Shown: positions 38,979 to 48,473 of the stretch, piece by piece
Numbering within the stretch: position 1 is the first letter of the stretch
How the letters are laid out: each line of letters begins with the position of its first letter
Assembly (NCBI GenBank): GCA_026705445.1
Contig: JAPPAR010000001.1
Location: forward strand, 8,030-72,029
Reading direction: 5' to 3'
DNA from: Candidatus Dadabacteria bacterium
GTDB lineage: Bacteria > Desulfobacterota_D > UBA1144 > Nemesobacterales > Nemesobacteraceae
Length of the DNA stretch: 64,000 nt
Translations under genes and position numbers: made by a program
Notes under the pieces: model-generated
What the model saw: only the letters and a program-made list of their open reading frames with translations
What the model was told of the DNA's origin: nothing
The model's database searches: none

Positions 38979-40271
38979 TCACTCTCCCTGGGGAATCTCC
39001 CGAAGTGACGAGTAGACTGCCTGAAGGGTCTGGTCTACCTGCTTTTTCGTGTGCGCGGTCGAAAGGAATACGCTTTCGAACTGAGAGGGCGGGAACATGA
39101 CTCCGTTTTCAAGAAGATTTCTGAAGAATCTCGCGTATTTCGCGGTATCGCATCCGAGTGCTCCGGCGTAGTCCGTTACTCTCTGGTCGGTGAAAAACAC
39201 GGTGAACATGGAGCCGACAGAGTTTACGGTGGCGTCAATGCCAAGCTCTGCTATTATTTCCCTTATTCCAGATACCAGGGAGGCGGTCAGGCTCTCAAGG
39301 CGCCTGTAGGTTCTTGGGTTAAGTTCTTTTACTGTCGCAATTCCCGCCGCCATGGCGAGCGGATTTCCCGAGAGGGTGCCCGCATGGTACATGGGACCTT
39401 CAGGGGAAACCATTTGCATTATTTCTGCGCTGGCCCCGTACGCTCCTACCGGAAGCCCTCCTCCTATTATTTTCCCGAGACAGGTTATGTCCGGGACTAC
39501 GCCGAACAGTTCCTGTGCGCCTCCTCTTGCGAGACGAAACCCCGTTATGACCTCGTCGAAGATGAGAACCGCTCCGTGTTTTTTGCATGTAGAGCGCAAT
39601 TTCCTGAGGAAGCTTTTCTCGGGAGTTACCACTCCCATGTTTCCCGCCACGGGTTCGATTATCACTCCGGCAATCTTTTTGGGGTACTTCTCGAAAAGCC
39701 TTTTGACGGAATCTATGTTGTTATACCGAGCAAGCAGCGTTCTGTTCACAAACGATTTCGGGACCCCGGCACTGCTCGGATTCCCGAAAGTCGTGGCTCC
39801 CGAACCGGATTTCACGAGCAGAAAATCCGAGTGTCCGTGGTAGCATCCCTCGAACTTGATTATGTATTCCCTTCCGGTGACCGCTCTTGCAAGCCTTATG
39901 GCGCTCATGGTGGCCTCGGTTCCGGAATTGGTAAGGCGAACTTTCTCAATCGAGGGGAAGTGTCTTGTTATCAGCGTGGCAAGATCTGTTTCCAGTTCGC
40001 AAGGGGCACCGAAGCTCGTTCCTAGGGGAAGCCTTTCCCCGACGGCCTTTACCACCGAGGGATGCGAGTGTCCCAGGATCAGCGGACCCCATGAGGCCAC
40101 GTAGTCGATGAACCTGTTCCCGTCGGCGTCATATACGTAGGAACCTTCGGCCCTTGATACAAAGAGCGGCGAACCTCCCACGGCCGCAAAAGATCTCACG
40201 GGACTGTTTACCCCGCCCACAAGCACGTTTCTTGCCCTGCGAAAAAGCTTCTCTGAGTTGATGGTTTTCAT
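38979..40271 (-). CDS. hemL: Glutamate-1-semialdehyde 2,1-aminomutase
   Basis: GGVNSPVR, NSGTEATM, FDEVITGFR, GKIIGGGLP. Confidence 0.97.
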   Translation of the reverse strand: MKTINSEKLFRRARNVLVGGVNSPVRSFAAVGGSPLFVSRAEGSYVYDADGNRFIDYVASWGPLILGHSHPSVVKAVGERLPLGTSFGAPCELETDLATLITRHFPSIEKVRLTNSGTEATMSAIRLARAVTGREYIIKFEGCYHGHSDFLLVKSGSGATTFGNPSSAGVPKSFVNRTLLARYNNIDSVKRLFEKYPKKIAGVIIEPVAGNMGVVTPEKSFLRKLRSTCKKHGAVLIFDEVITGFRLARGGAQELFGVVPDITCLGKIIGGGLPVGAYGASAEIMQMVSPEGPMYHAGTLSGNPLAMAAGIATVKELNPRTYRRLESLTASLVSGIREIIAELGIDATVNSVGSMFTVFFTDQRVTDYAGALGCDTAKYARFFRNLLENGVMFPPSQFESVFLSTAHTKKQVDQTLQAVYSSLREIPQGE

Positions 40272-40305
40272 AAAAACGGTTCGGTGTCGACCACGGCCGG
40301 AGCTT

Positions 40306-41121
40306 TTATTCTCCCGGCGTAGACAAGGTCTTAAGGTGTTCTTTCGCCGTTGCGGCTTCGGGTGAGTCCGGGTATGCCTCGATCAGGGATTCGAAAAAGA
40401 GACTCGCCTCGTTCGGTTTCCCTATTTTCAAGAGTGCGATTCCCTGATTGAGTTGGCAAAGCGGGATTTTGGGGCTGGCGGGCCAGGTTTCGATTATGTT
40501 CTGGTATTCGAGGATGGCCTCCTCGTAGAATTTTTCCTTGAAGTAGGAATCCGCGATGAGGAACATCGCATCTGCAGCCTCATCGCTTCTGGGGGCGGCG
40601 GCAAGGTACTCTCGAAGCAACGCCCTTGCGGCCTCATAGTTACCGTCGGCAAACTTTTTTAGGCCCAGTTCGTAGTTCTCCTTGGGGTCTTTTTCCGCGG
40701 GGGATAGCTCAGTTGCGGGTTCCACGCCCGGACTTTCAGAAGCTTGCTCAGAAGGCGCGGCGGAAGGTGACTGCGGTTGCGGAACCGGGGCCTGAGATTT
40801 GGCCTCTGCCTCTGCCGACAGCCCGGTTTCTATTTTTTTGAACCGTTCTTCGCTCTGAGCATGCATTTTGCCTATTATCTGCTCGAGTTCCAGAAGCTTG
40901 TTTTCGAATTCGAAAATCTTTTCGTTAAGATTAAGGATATTGTCTTCTTTTTTAACTTCTGCCTTCAGCCAGTCGATATCCTTCTGCATCTTCTTGATGT
41001 TCGTTTCAGCTTCCCTTTGCCTCGAGTAAAGAAAATCCAGGTCTCCTTCCGATGCTACGCAACCGTACATGAACACGGAAGAAAACAATACTGCGGCGAC
41101 GGCCAGATATTTTTTTCTCAT
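40306..41121 (-). CDS. cpoB: Tol-Pal system TPR protein CpoB/YbgF
   Basis: Lipoprotein signal, coiled coil, three TPRs ending YPDSPEA; follows a pal-like gene. Confidence 0.8.
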   Translation of the reverse strand: MRKKYLAVAAVLFSSVFMYGCVASEGDLDFLYSRQREAETNIKKMQKDIDWLKAEVKKEDNILNLNEKIFEFENKLLELEQIIGKMHAQSEERFKKIETGLSAEAEAKSQAPVPQPQSPSAAPSEQASESPGVEPATELSPAEKDPKENYELGLKKFADGNYEAARALLREYLAAAPRSDEAADAMFLIADSYFKEKFYEEAILEYQNIIETWPASPKIPLCQLNQGIALLKIGKPNEASLFFESLIEAYPDSPEAATAKEHLKTLSTPGE

Positions 41122-41888
41122 TAGTTTTCTGGGGAATTATTGTCAGAGAGGGCCATGAAGTGTCCTCGCCTGTTACGGCTGTACGCCTCATCCGATGTTC
41201 CCTCTTGCCATATTTCCGTTTCTCCCTTGCTGATGGAGTGCAGCATGTCGGGAGACACACCCTTTCCGATCATGTATTTTTTGATCTCATCTGCTCTTTT
41301 CTTTCCAAGGGAGAGGTTGTATTCCTCGGTCCCGCGGATGTCGCAGAAACCGAAGAGGAGAATGAATTTGATTTTGTCTTTGTTTCTTTCGAAGATGCTT
41401 ATGTTGCCGTCAATTGCCTCCATTGCCTCTTTCGATATCTCCGCGCTGTCGAATTCGAAGAACACGTCCGAGGTGGGAAGGTTTATCAGGTTTTCCTTGG
41501 AGAAGGCGTCGCTGAGCAGGGATTTCCGTATTTCTTGGGCCTCTTCGTCAAAGCCCTCCATGAAGGCGCCTTCCCTGGCGGCGCCGATTGCCTGCGTGGC
41601 CTTCAGTTCCGCTTGAGAGAGGATCTTCTCGGCTTCCTCAAGCTCCCCTTCGCTTATAAGCTCTTGGGCCATCTCGAAAAGCTTTTGTGCCTCTTCATAC
41701 TCCCAGGTGTCTTCGGCACCCTCCGCTCGGGCTTCCTCAAGCATCTCCGATACCGCCATGACCCTGTCCTGAGTACCCGTCTCTTCAGCCGAGGGAGGAG
41801 TGGTGGGAACTCTCTTCGAGCACCCCGAGATGTGCAGGACACCAACGACCAGAAAAAGAAAAGCGACCGCCGGAATTATTTTTCTCAT
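41121..41888 (-). CDS. pal: Pal/OmpA-family peptidoglycan-associated lipoprotein
   Basis: Lipobox ISGC, FEFDS, GFCDIRGTEEYNLSLG.KRA, SRNRR. Confidence 0.8.
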   Translation of the reverse strand: MRKIIPAVAFLFLVVGVLHISGCSKRVPTTPPSAEETGTQDRVMAVSEMLEEARAEGAEDTWEYEEAQKLFEMAQELISEGELEEAEKILSQAELKATQAIGAAREGAFMEGFDEEAQEIRKSLLSDAFSKENLINLPTSDVFFEFDSAEISKEAMEAIDGNISIFERNKDKIKFILLFGFCDIRGTEEYNLSLGKKRADEIKKYMIGKGVSPDMLHSISKGETEIWQEGTSDEAYSRNRRGHFMALSDNNSPEN

Positions 41889-42030
41889 AGTTAGGATTTC
41901 AGTCCGTTTAAAAGGCGTTGCCGCGTTGTAGCGGGTAAACTTAGAAGACAGGGTTACTATAGCACACGGGGGATGTTTTTTCAATTTTCCCGCGGCATTT
42001 TCTGCCGGGGATAAAAAAAGGAGTTTTTCA

Positions 42031-42606
42031 GTGAATGACGGGCCTTCAGTTTGCGGGGTTTTCTGGCATAACTGCCCTGTGGTGATCATAACCAGCAGGC
42101 GGGAGGATGAGATAAACGGCCAGGTAGCGACGACGCTTGTCACCTCCTCCATAGTTCACACCGTGCCCAGGCTTCTTATGGGGATATGGAAGAGAAATCA
42201 CACCCACGGGTTCATAATGGAAAGTAAAAATCTCGTGGTTCATCTTCTCAAAAGGGATCAGATCGCTCTTGTCCGGAACTTCGGCTTTTATTCGGGCAGG
42301 GACAAAAAAAAGTTTATCGGCCTAGACCATTTCGAGGGCAGAAACGGCTGTCCCGTCTTAAAGGGAATACATTCCTATGTGGAGTGCTCGGTGCTCAACG
42401 CCATGGACGGCGGAGACATGACCGCTTTTCTGGTAAGCGTGGACTACGGGGAGATAATGAGGGGAGGGGAGTGGATGACGCTTGCGGACTTCTACTCTCT
42501 GGCTCCCGAGCAGTGGGTGATTGAGTACGGCCAGAAGCTCATGGAGTCGGTGAGTTTCTCCATGCCGATAATACACAAGATAAGCCATGAGCCGTTTCAG
42601 CCGTGA
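42031..42606 (+). CDS. Flavin reductase family protein
   Basis: V.IITS...NG, FG..SGRD..KF, GCPVL, DGGD.T.F. Confidence 0.85.
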   Translation: MNDGPSVCGVFWHNCPVVIITSRREDEINGQVATTLVTSSIVHTVPRLLMGIWKRNHTHGFIMESKNLVVHLLKRDQIALVRNFGFYSGRDKKKFIGLDHFEGRNGCPVLKGIHSYVECSVLNAMDGGDMTAFLVSVDYGEIMRGGEWMTLADFYSLAPEQWVIEYGQKLMESVSFSMPIIHKISHEPFQP

Positions 42607-42626
42607 GCCGGCGCCGTTTCGGACCT

Positions 42627-43025
42627 TCAGCGTATTATTATGGTTGCGGAAGCCGAGTTTCTATCCGCGTATTTCTTAAGCCTGCTTCGAAGTTTTTTCT
42701 TGAACCAGTCCCTGGTAAAGGGAATAAGAAGGGAGAAGCCAAGAAGATCGGTAAGCAGCCCGGGTGTGAGAAGCACAACCCCTCCCACGAGCACGAGAAG
42801 ACCGTTTATGAGGCTTTCGGTGGGCGGCCTGCCCTCGGTGACCTCCGCTCTTATCGCGCTTATAACCTGTGTTCCCTGGCTTCTGGCAAGCGCCGCTCCC
42901 AGCACCCCCGTCGCTATGACTGTGAATATGGTCGGCCAGAGTCCTATTATGTTCCCGAGCTTTATGAGCAGGGCGAGCTCAATGAGCGGAACCATGGTGA
43001 ACAGAATTAGGAGTCTTGCGAACAT
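42627..43025 (-). CDS. fxsA: FxsA family membrane protein
   Basis: VPLIEL.LLI, LLTPGLLTDLLG. Confidence 0.9.
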   Translation of the reverse strand: MFARLLILFTMVPLIELALLIKLGNIIGLWPTIFTVIATGVLGAALARSQGTQVISAIRAEVTEGRPPTESLINGLLVLVGGVVLLTPGLLTDLLGFSLLIPFTRDWFKKKLRSRLKKYADRNSASATIIIR

Positions 43026-43101
43026 CTGAAGTTGTTTAGAGATAAATCCCGGTTGTCTGTACGGTATAATAATATATCTGGAGGAAAATGCCGAATTGCC
43101 G

Positions 43102-43842
43102 ATGGGAAAGCCGCCTTCGCAAAGAAAAGTTTTCATATCTTTTCTGGTTGTTTTGTGTCTGGGAGTGGGGGGATGCCGGCTCTTCAGGTTCCTCGATGTA
43201 AAAGGCCAGCTCGGGGATTTCAGCGAGAATTTCAACGTGAGTGACCACGACGGTCTAAGCCTTACCTTCAAAAACCCCGTACTGCTCGCAGGAGACATCG
43301 AGTGGCTCATGGTCTACTCGCCGCCCGTAGAAACCCGCATTGCCGCAGACACCGAGCTTTGGACCTATCACTTGGTGAAGAAGTACCCGGGCAGGAAGAG
43401 CGAAAGCGGGAATTTCGATCTGGCCATGGGAATGAAGCTTTGTCAGGGAAAGCTCTGCGAGATTATCTTTCCCGAGCGCTTCACCAAGTATATAACCAAG
43501 GAAGTTCTCGGGAAGGTGATGGGCTCGGTGGGCGCCGCCGAGGTGAAAAAGCTTGATAAGACAAGCACCGCGGCCGTGAGGTCCCTTGAATCCAAGGAAA
43601 TCCCTAATTCCTCAGAAGTGATAGAGATTCTCGGCCGCCCGTACGCGAATCTAAACGAGGAAGGCGGCAGGGTTATCGTCTACAAGTACAGGCTTCGGGA
43701 GAGGACCCCTGAGGGGAAATACATCGTGTTCAGGCTTATTCTCAGCTTCGATGAAAAAACTGACAAGCTAAAAAAACTGGTGCTTCCGCTCAGAAGCGTG
43801 AGGCTTACGATGAATTTCGAGCCGGACGTGGCGCGAAAATGA
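43102..43842 (+). CDS. Hypothetical lipoprotein
   Basis: Signal peptide ending VGGC; ATGA overlap with ispE. Confidence 0.6.
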   Translation: MGKPPSQRKVFISFLVVLCLGVGGCRLFRFLDVKGQLGDFSENFNVSDHDGLSLTFKNPVLLAGDIEWLMVYSPPVETRIAADTELWTYHLVKKYPGRKSESGNFDLAMGMKLCQGKLCEIIFPERFTKYITKEVLGKVMGSVGAAEVKKLDKTSTAAVRSLESKEIPNSSEVIEILGRPYANLNEEGGRVIVYKYRLRERTPEGKYIVFRLILSFDEKTDKLKKLVLPLRSVRLTMNFEPDVARK

Positions 43843-44705
43843 GTTCTGTCAAGCTTCTTTCCCCCGCCAAGGTGAACCTGTTTCTCAGAGTTCTTGGAAA
43901 ACGCCCCGACGGCTACCATGAACTTCAGTCCATAGCGCAGCCCGTAAGTCTCTTTGACGAGATAAGCCTTTCGGTGGAGCCGGGCGAGGGGTCAAGTCTT
44001 TCGTGCTCGGGAAGAGAAATGCCATCCGGAAACGACAATCTTGCCGTGGCCGCCTGTCATCTTTATCTCGGGGAAGCCGGAGTTCGGAAAAAGGTTTCCA
44101 TAGGAATAAAAAAGAATATCCCCATCGGCGCCGGCCTCGGCGGAGGAAGCTCAAACGCCGCTGCGGTCCTTGTGGGTCTCAACAGGGTTCTCGGGAAATT
44201 CACCGACCGGGACCTGCTCCGGATGGCCGCGTCCCTCGGGGCCGATGTACCGTTCTTTGTAAGATCCACCTCTTCGTTTATCGAGGGAGTGGGGGAGAGG
44301 GTGGAAATGCTTTCTGATTTCCCCCTTTTTCACTATGTTATCCTTTTTCCCGGAAAAAGCCTCTCGACCCGGGAAGTCTACGAAAACTGGGAGCGCCCGG
44401 AGCCCCCGCCCGAGAAAGTCGACCCCGTTTCTCTTGCAGAGCGGTTCCGCGGAGTGGATTTTCCCCTAGAGAACGGCCTTGAGGCCGCGGTGTTTGCGGT
44501 ATTCCCCGAGATTCTCTCCCTAAAGGAGATTTTTCGATCGCTTGGGGCGCGCTTCGTGCTTGTCTCGGGAAGCGGGTCATCGGTTTTTTCCGTTTTCCCC
44601 CGCCGGCAGGAAGCGGAGGAAATCCACGAGTACCTGGGAACATCTTCTGAGTTTGACGTTTTTCTGGCGAGCGGGATAAGCGGCTGGCATTTTCTTGCGG
44701 ACTGA
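43839..44705 (+). CDS. ispE: 4-diphosphocytidyl-2-C-methyl-D-erythritol kinase
   Basis: PAKVNLFL..DGYHEL, IPIGAGLGGGSSNAA, SGSGSSVF. Confidence 0.96.
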   Translation: MSSVKLLSPAKVNLFLRVLGKRPDGYHELQSIAQPVSLFDEISLSVEPGEGSSLSCSGREMPSGNDNLAVAACHLYLGEAGVRKKVSIGIKKNIPIGAGLGGGSSNAAAVLVGLNRVLGKFTDRDLLRMAASLGADVPFFVRSTSSFIEGVGERVEMLSDFPLFHYVILFPGKSLSTREVYENWERPEPPPEKVDPVSLAERFRGVDFPLENGLEAAVFAVFPEILSLKEIFRSLGARFVLVSGSGSSVFSVFPRRQEAEEIHEYLGTSSEFDVFLASGISGWHFLAD

Positions 44706-44798
44706 ACCGGACAAGCCCGCCCGCGGGGATGAGCGGACTGGCCTCTGTTTCCAGTTCTCCGCGAGGCGTTCTGTTTCGCTTGACAGAGACATCGGATT

Positions 44799-45353
44799 GA
44801 CGCAAACGCGTTTTCCTATCAGTGGATAAGGACTGATTTTTTCTGGTTTTACGATACGGAGATTCCGGGCGCGACCGCGCCAACCTATACCTTGCAGGAA
44901 GCTGATGATGAAAAATGGATCAAGGTCAGAATCAGCTTCACCGATAACGCCGGCAACTCAGAAGTGGTTGAGAGCTTTGAAGTGGGGCCGGTCTATACAA
45001 ACAAGTCTGACGGAGGCCTTCGGCTAGTTTCTCTCACCGACACCAGCGCCGGCGATGAGGGTTTGCTCCAGATATTTGATGATACGTCCAAGCGATGGAG
45101 GGGCGTATGCGATGACAGTTGGGACAGAAAAGACGCCGATGTCGCGTGTCGCCAACTGGGTTACGCAGGAAGCGCGGAGGCGCTTACCGGGATAATATGG
45201 TTCGGGTATCCCCCGCTTCTTTTTATGCTTGACGAGGTGAATTGCGGCGGCACTGAAAACACGCTGCTTGAGTGTGAACACGCGGGACGGGGAGTGCACG
45301 ACTGTACCTCATGGGAGTACGCGGGCGTCAAATGCGCCACCAGCGGCAACTGA
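44799..45353 (+). pseudogene. 5'-truncated duplicate of the Ig-like/SRCR gene
   Basis: Clearly homologous to about 46238-46819 (AFSYQWIR..TYTLQEAD..GVCDDSWD..VACRQLGY); lacks the signal peptide and first SRCR domain. Confidence 0.8.
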
Positions 45354-45435
45354 ATCCCCGCCGTTGGGAAACCGGACAATTCCGTTTGCCAAAAAGCGGT
45401 CAGCTTATTTGCTGTCTGCGCGGGCATTGTTTTGC

Positions 45436-45470
45436 TTGACAGAGACGCCGGGTCGAAACTATTATATAAT
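45436..45470 (+). promoter_or_regulatory. Putative sigma70 promoter of the SRCR gene
   Basis: TTGACA at 45436, 18 nt, then TATTAT/TATAAT. Confidence 0.5.
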
Positions 45471-45598
45471 AACGATATCTCAGAAACAGGTGTATATACG
45501 GAGATTCAACGGAGGTTCAAGTGAAACGGTTCGGAACACTGAAAAGCAGCTTTTGGAAAAAACCGGAGGCGGTTGGCGGAAAAAGAGATGCCGGAACC

Positions 45599-46819
45599 AT
45601 GAATCTGCAACGCGTATCGATTATGGTTGCCGGGTTCGCGCTGGGGCTTTTGCTCATGGGCGGTCCCACGGATGTAAGAACGCAGGAAACATATGCCGAC
45701 GGGGATCTGAGGCTCGTGGATACGGATACGGGATCCGTGGTGGATCTCAGTACGGCTACCGCTCCTACGGGCAGGCTTGAAATATTCGATGCCGGGGCCA
45801 GGGACGGTGAAGAATGGAAGGGCATATGCGATGACGGACTCGGGACTCTGGGGTCTGGAGACAGTTACCGTGTGATCGGCAGACAGGAGGCCGAAGTCGC
45901 CTGTCGCCAGCTGGGTTTCTCCGGAGGTGAGCCTAGAGTAGGTCTTGCGTTGCCGAAAAAAGAAGGAGGAGACTTGGACCCGCAGGAGTACTATCTGCTT
46001 GACGAGCTTGAATGCTCGGGTTCTGAGGACAGGATTCTCGGTGAAGACAGGTGCAAGCATTGGCCGCGCGGGCATAACAACTGTTCCTACGGGGAGGCTT
46101 TCGGCGTTACCTGCGAGGCAGCAACCGCGAACAATGATGCCGTAGGCCAGATAGCGGTCAGGGGCACCGAGCCCAAGACCGGAGTGCTTCTGACTGCGGA
46201 CCATTCAAAAATCACTGACGCGGACGGGAAGCCTACGGACGCAAGCGCGTTTTCCTATCAGTGGATAAGGTCTGACATTGTCTGGAATGAAACGGAAATT
46301 TCGGGCGCGACAGCCTCCACCTATACCTTGCAGGAAGCTGATGAGGAAAACTGGATCAAGGTCAGAATCAGCTTCACCGATAATGCAGGCAACTCAGAAG
46401 TGGTGGAAAGCTTCGAAGTGGGACCGATCTATACGAACAAGCCTGACGGAAGTCTTCGGTTGATACCTTTTTCTACCCTAAATGACGATGGTACGCTATC
46501 TCCATCCGGTGAGGGGGAGGGTCTGCTGCAGATATTTAGCGGGGTGGACAAGCGATGGAAGGGTGTATGCGATGATTCCTGGGACAAAACAGACGCCGAT
46601 GTCGCGTGCCGCCAGCTGGGTTACGCAGGGAGCGATGAGGCGATTGACCAAATGATATGGCTTGGGTATCCCCCGCTTCTTTTCCTGCTTGACGAGGTGG
46701 ATTGCGCGGGCACTGAAAGCACGCTGCTTGAGTGTGGTCACGCGGGGCGGGGACGGCACGACTGCTCATCCTGGGAGTACGCGGGCGTCAAGTGCACCGT
46801 AAGCGGCGGCACCAACTGA
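45599..46819 (+). CDS. Secreted protein with two scavenger receptor cysteine-rich (SRCR) domains separated by an Ig-like repeat
   Basis: Signal peptide; GRLEIF..WKGICDD..VACRQLG..LDELECSGSE..HNC..GVTC pattern twice. Confidence 0.88.
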   Translation: MNLQRVSIMVAGFALGLLLMGGPTDVRTQETYADGDLRLVDTDTGSVVDLSTATAPTGRLEIFDAGARDGEEWKGICDDGLGTLGSGDSYRVIGRQEAEVACRQLGFSGGEPRVGLALPKKEGGDLDPQEYYLLDELECSGSEDRILGEDRCKHWPRGHNNCSYGEAFGVTCEAATANNDAVGQIAVRGTEPKTGVLLTADHSKITDADGKPTDASAFSYQWIRSDIVWNETEISGATASTYTLQEADEENWIKVRISFTDNAGNSEVVESFEVGPIYTNKPDGSLRLIPFSTLNDDGTLSPSGEGEGLLQIFSGVDKRWKGVCDDSWDKTDADVACRQLGYAGSDEAIDQMIWLGYPPLLFLLDEVDCAGTESTLLECGHAGRGRHDCSSWEYAGVKCTVSGGTN

Positions 46820-46878
46820 TCCCCAAAAGTTTCTTTTTTGCCGCGTCTGAAACTTCGCGGCCTTTTAGAGGAGTTGCG

Positions 46879-48219
46879 ATGAAGAACATAGGATTTCTGA
46901 TTTTTTTGTGCTGCGTTCTGGGGTTTCTGGGCGCCCTCCGCACGCTTCCGGCCGCCGCCCATGAAGGCGTACCGCACGTATTGAACGGTAAACAAACCGA
47001 ACTGACTAATACGGTTTCCGATGTGGATAGAGAGAGGAAGGTGACCCTTGAGGAGTTCGTGATGCACGCGGTCGCTCACCTGCAGGAGGCCGAAACCTTT
47101 TCCGAGACTCTTGAGATACTGAATGAATTCAGGAATAAGGAGGGAGACTGGAATGACGGCAGCATGTACCTGATCCTTCTTACGGGCAAGGGAGTTGACG
47201 GCAGCGGAGTTACAAGCGGAAGAGATGGGGGAAGCGGAACAGCCGCAAGCGGAGGAGGCGTCTACGTTCACGCTAAAAACAGAGAACTTGAGGATCAGGA
47301 CTGGTCACAGCTCAAAGATCGTAAGGGGATTAATGTAGGACAGATATTTCTCAGCGTCGGGAAAGATGGGGCAAGTATAGATTATGTTGGAGATAATGCA
47401 GATGATCCCCCCCCCCAAGCCTTTGCCTTTCCTTTTACCGCTCCCGCTATTCCGTTCAGCAATTCCCTCTCACCCGAGCAACAGGGTTTTGTTCTTGTCG
47501 GAGGTTTCGCTTACGAACCTGATGTCGTCGATCAGAAAAAATCCTACGAGGAGCTGGCCGGCTCCCTTCCCAACAGCGTTCACCCCACTAAAGAGGCTAG
47601 GGAGATAGGGGGCGAAGAGAGTGATGAGGAGAACGAGCGGGAGCTCAGGGAGTTTGTTGAAGAGGCCATCGTCTTTTTTACCGCGGCTCTTGCCAGCCCT
47701 GAAATTGACGCCGTGAGGCTTCGCACGCTTTTCAGGCTTGACGGCGGACCCTGGAGGCACGTTTCCACCTACATCTACATAATGGATGAAAACGGCAACG
47801 TGATCTTCAACGGGGCGAACAGAAACATTGAGCAGACAAACCTCTGGGATGATCCAGATGTCGGAGAGAATATCCGCGAACTCATTGCCGCGGCCAAGAC
47901 GCCTGAAGTTGACTTCGTCCGGTACAACTGGGAGAATCCCGCCGTTGTGGGCGACGGAGAGCAAAGCGGCGGCCCTGGAGGCAGTTCCCCTAAGCTCGGC
48001 TACACAAAAGTTGTTTCGCCCGACAAGGATGACCCTTCCGCCCCGGTCTATATTTTCGGTTCGGGACTTTATCTTGGGGAATCCGAAGAAGACGACGGCG
48101 GCTGCGCTCTTTCCGATACCGCGAATACGGTTCAAGGCGCTCTGTTGGGGCTGCTTCTGGCAAGCACCGCCGTTTTTTTCCTTGTCTTTCTCCGGCACGG
48201 ATGCCGGGCAGCCGAGTGA
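46879..48219 (+). CDS. Secreted tandem Cache-like domain protein with C-terminal GGC-TM-basic sorting tail
   Basis: Signal peptide (PAAA-H); 'FRLDGGPW..YIYIMDENGNVIF..Y.WENP..KLGY..IFGSGLY'; tail DDGGCAL + TM + RH. Confidence 0.65.
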   Translation: MKNIGFLIFLCCVLGFLGALRTLPAAAHEGVPHVLNGKQTELTNTVSDVDRERKVTLEEFVMHAVAHLQEAETFSETLEILNEFRNKEGDWNDGSMYLILLTGKGVDGSGVTSGRDGGSGTAASGGGVYVHAKNRELEDQDWSQLKDRKGINVGQIFLSVGKDGASIDYVGDNADDPPPQAFAFPFTAPAIPFSNSLSPEQQGFVLVGGFAYEPDVVDQKKSYEELAGSLPNSVHPTKEAREIGGEESDEENERELREFVEEAIVFFTAALASPEIDAVRLRTLFRLDGGPWRHVSTYIYIMDENGNVIFNGANRNIEQTNLWDDPDVGENIRELIAAAKTPEVDFVRYNWENPAVVGDGEQSGGPGGSSPKLGYTKVVSPDKDDPSAPVYIFGSGLYLGESEEDDGGCALSDTANTVQGALLGLLLASTAVFFLVFLRHGCRAAE

Positions 48220-48378
48220 ACTGACCGGTCCGCGGTCCGATTGCGCCCGCCCCGTAAACTGCGCCCCCGCGCCTGACCCGCGTTGCGTTTGTCTGGCCGA
48301 TATTGTGCGTTTCCCGTTTCTCCAGTGGTTATTCTTTAACAGTCCTTCGGATATGGTAATATAAAAGTCTTTTTCAAC

Positions 48379-48452
48379 TGGGGCGTCGTCTAACGGCAGG
48401 ACACCGGGTTTTGGTCCCGGTAGTGGGGGTTCAAGTCCTCCCGCCCCAGCCA
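48379..48452 (+). tRNA. tRNA-Gln(TTG)
   Basis: TGGGGCG/CGCCCCA acceptor stem, CCGGG-TTTTGGT-CCCGG anticodon arm, GTTCAAGTCC T-arm, encoded CCA. Confidence 0.96.
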
Positions 48453-48473
48453 GAAATTTCGATTCACGTTACC

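Noticed and set aside
44799-46819. SRCR duplicate as the template/variable repeat of a diversity-generating retroelement
   Set aside because: Differences are not adenine-specific, include indels, and there is no reverse transcriptase in the window
44706-48452. SRCR/Cache region as a tRNA-Gln-integrated island
   Set aside because: It lies 5' of the tRNA, and I found no duplicated tRNA fragment or integrase
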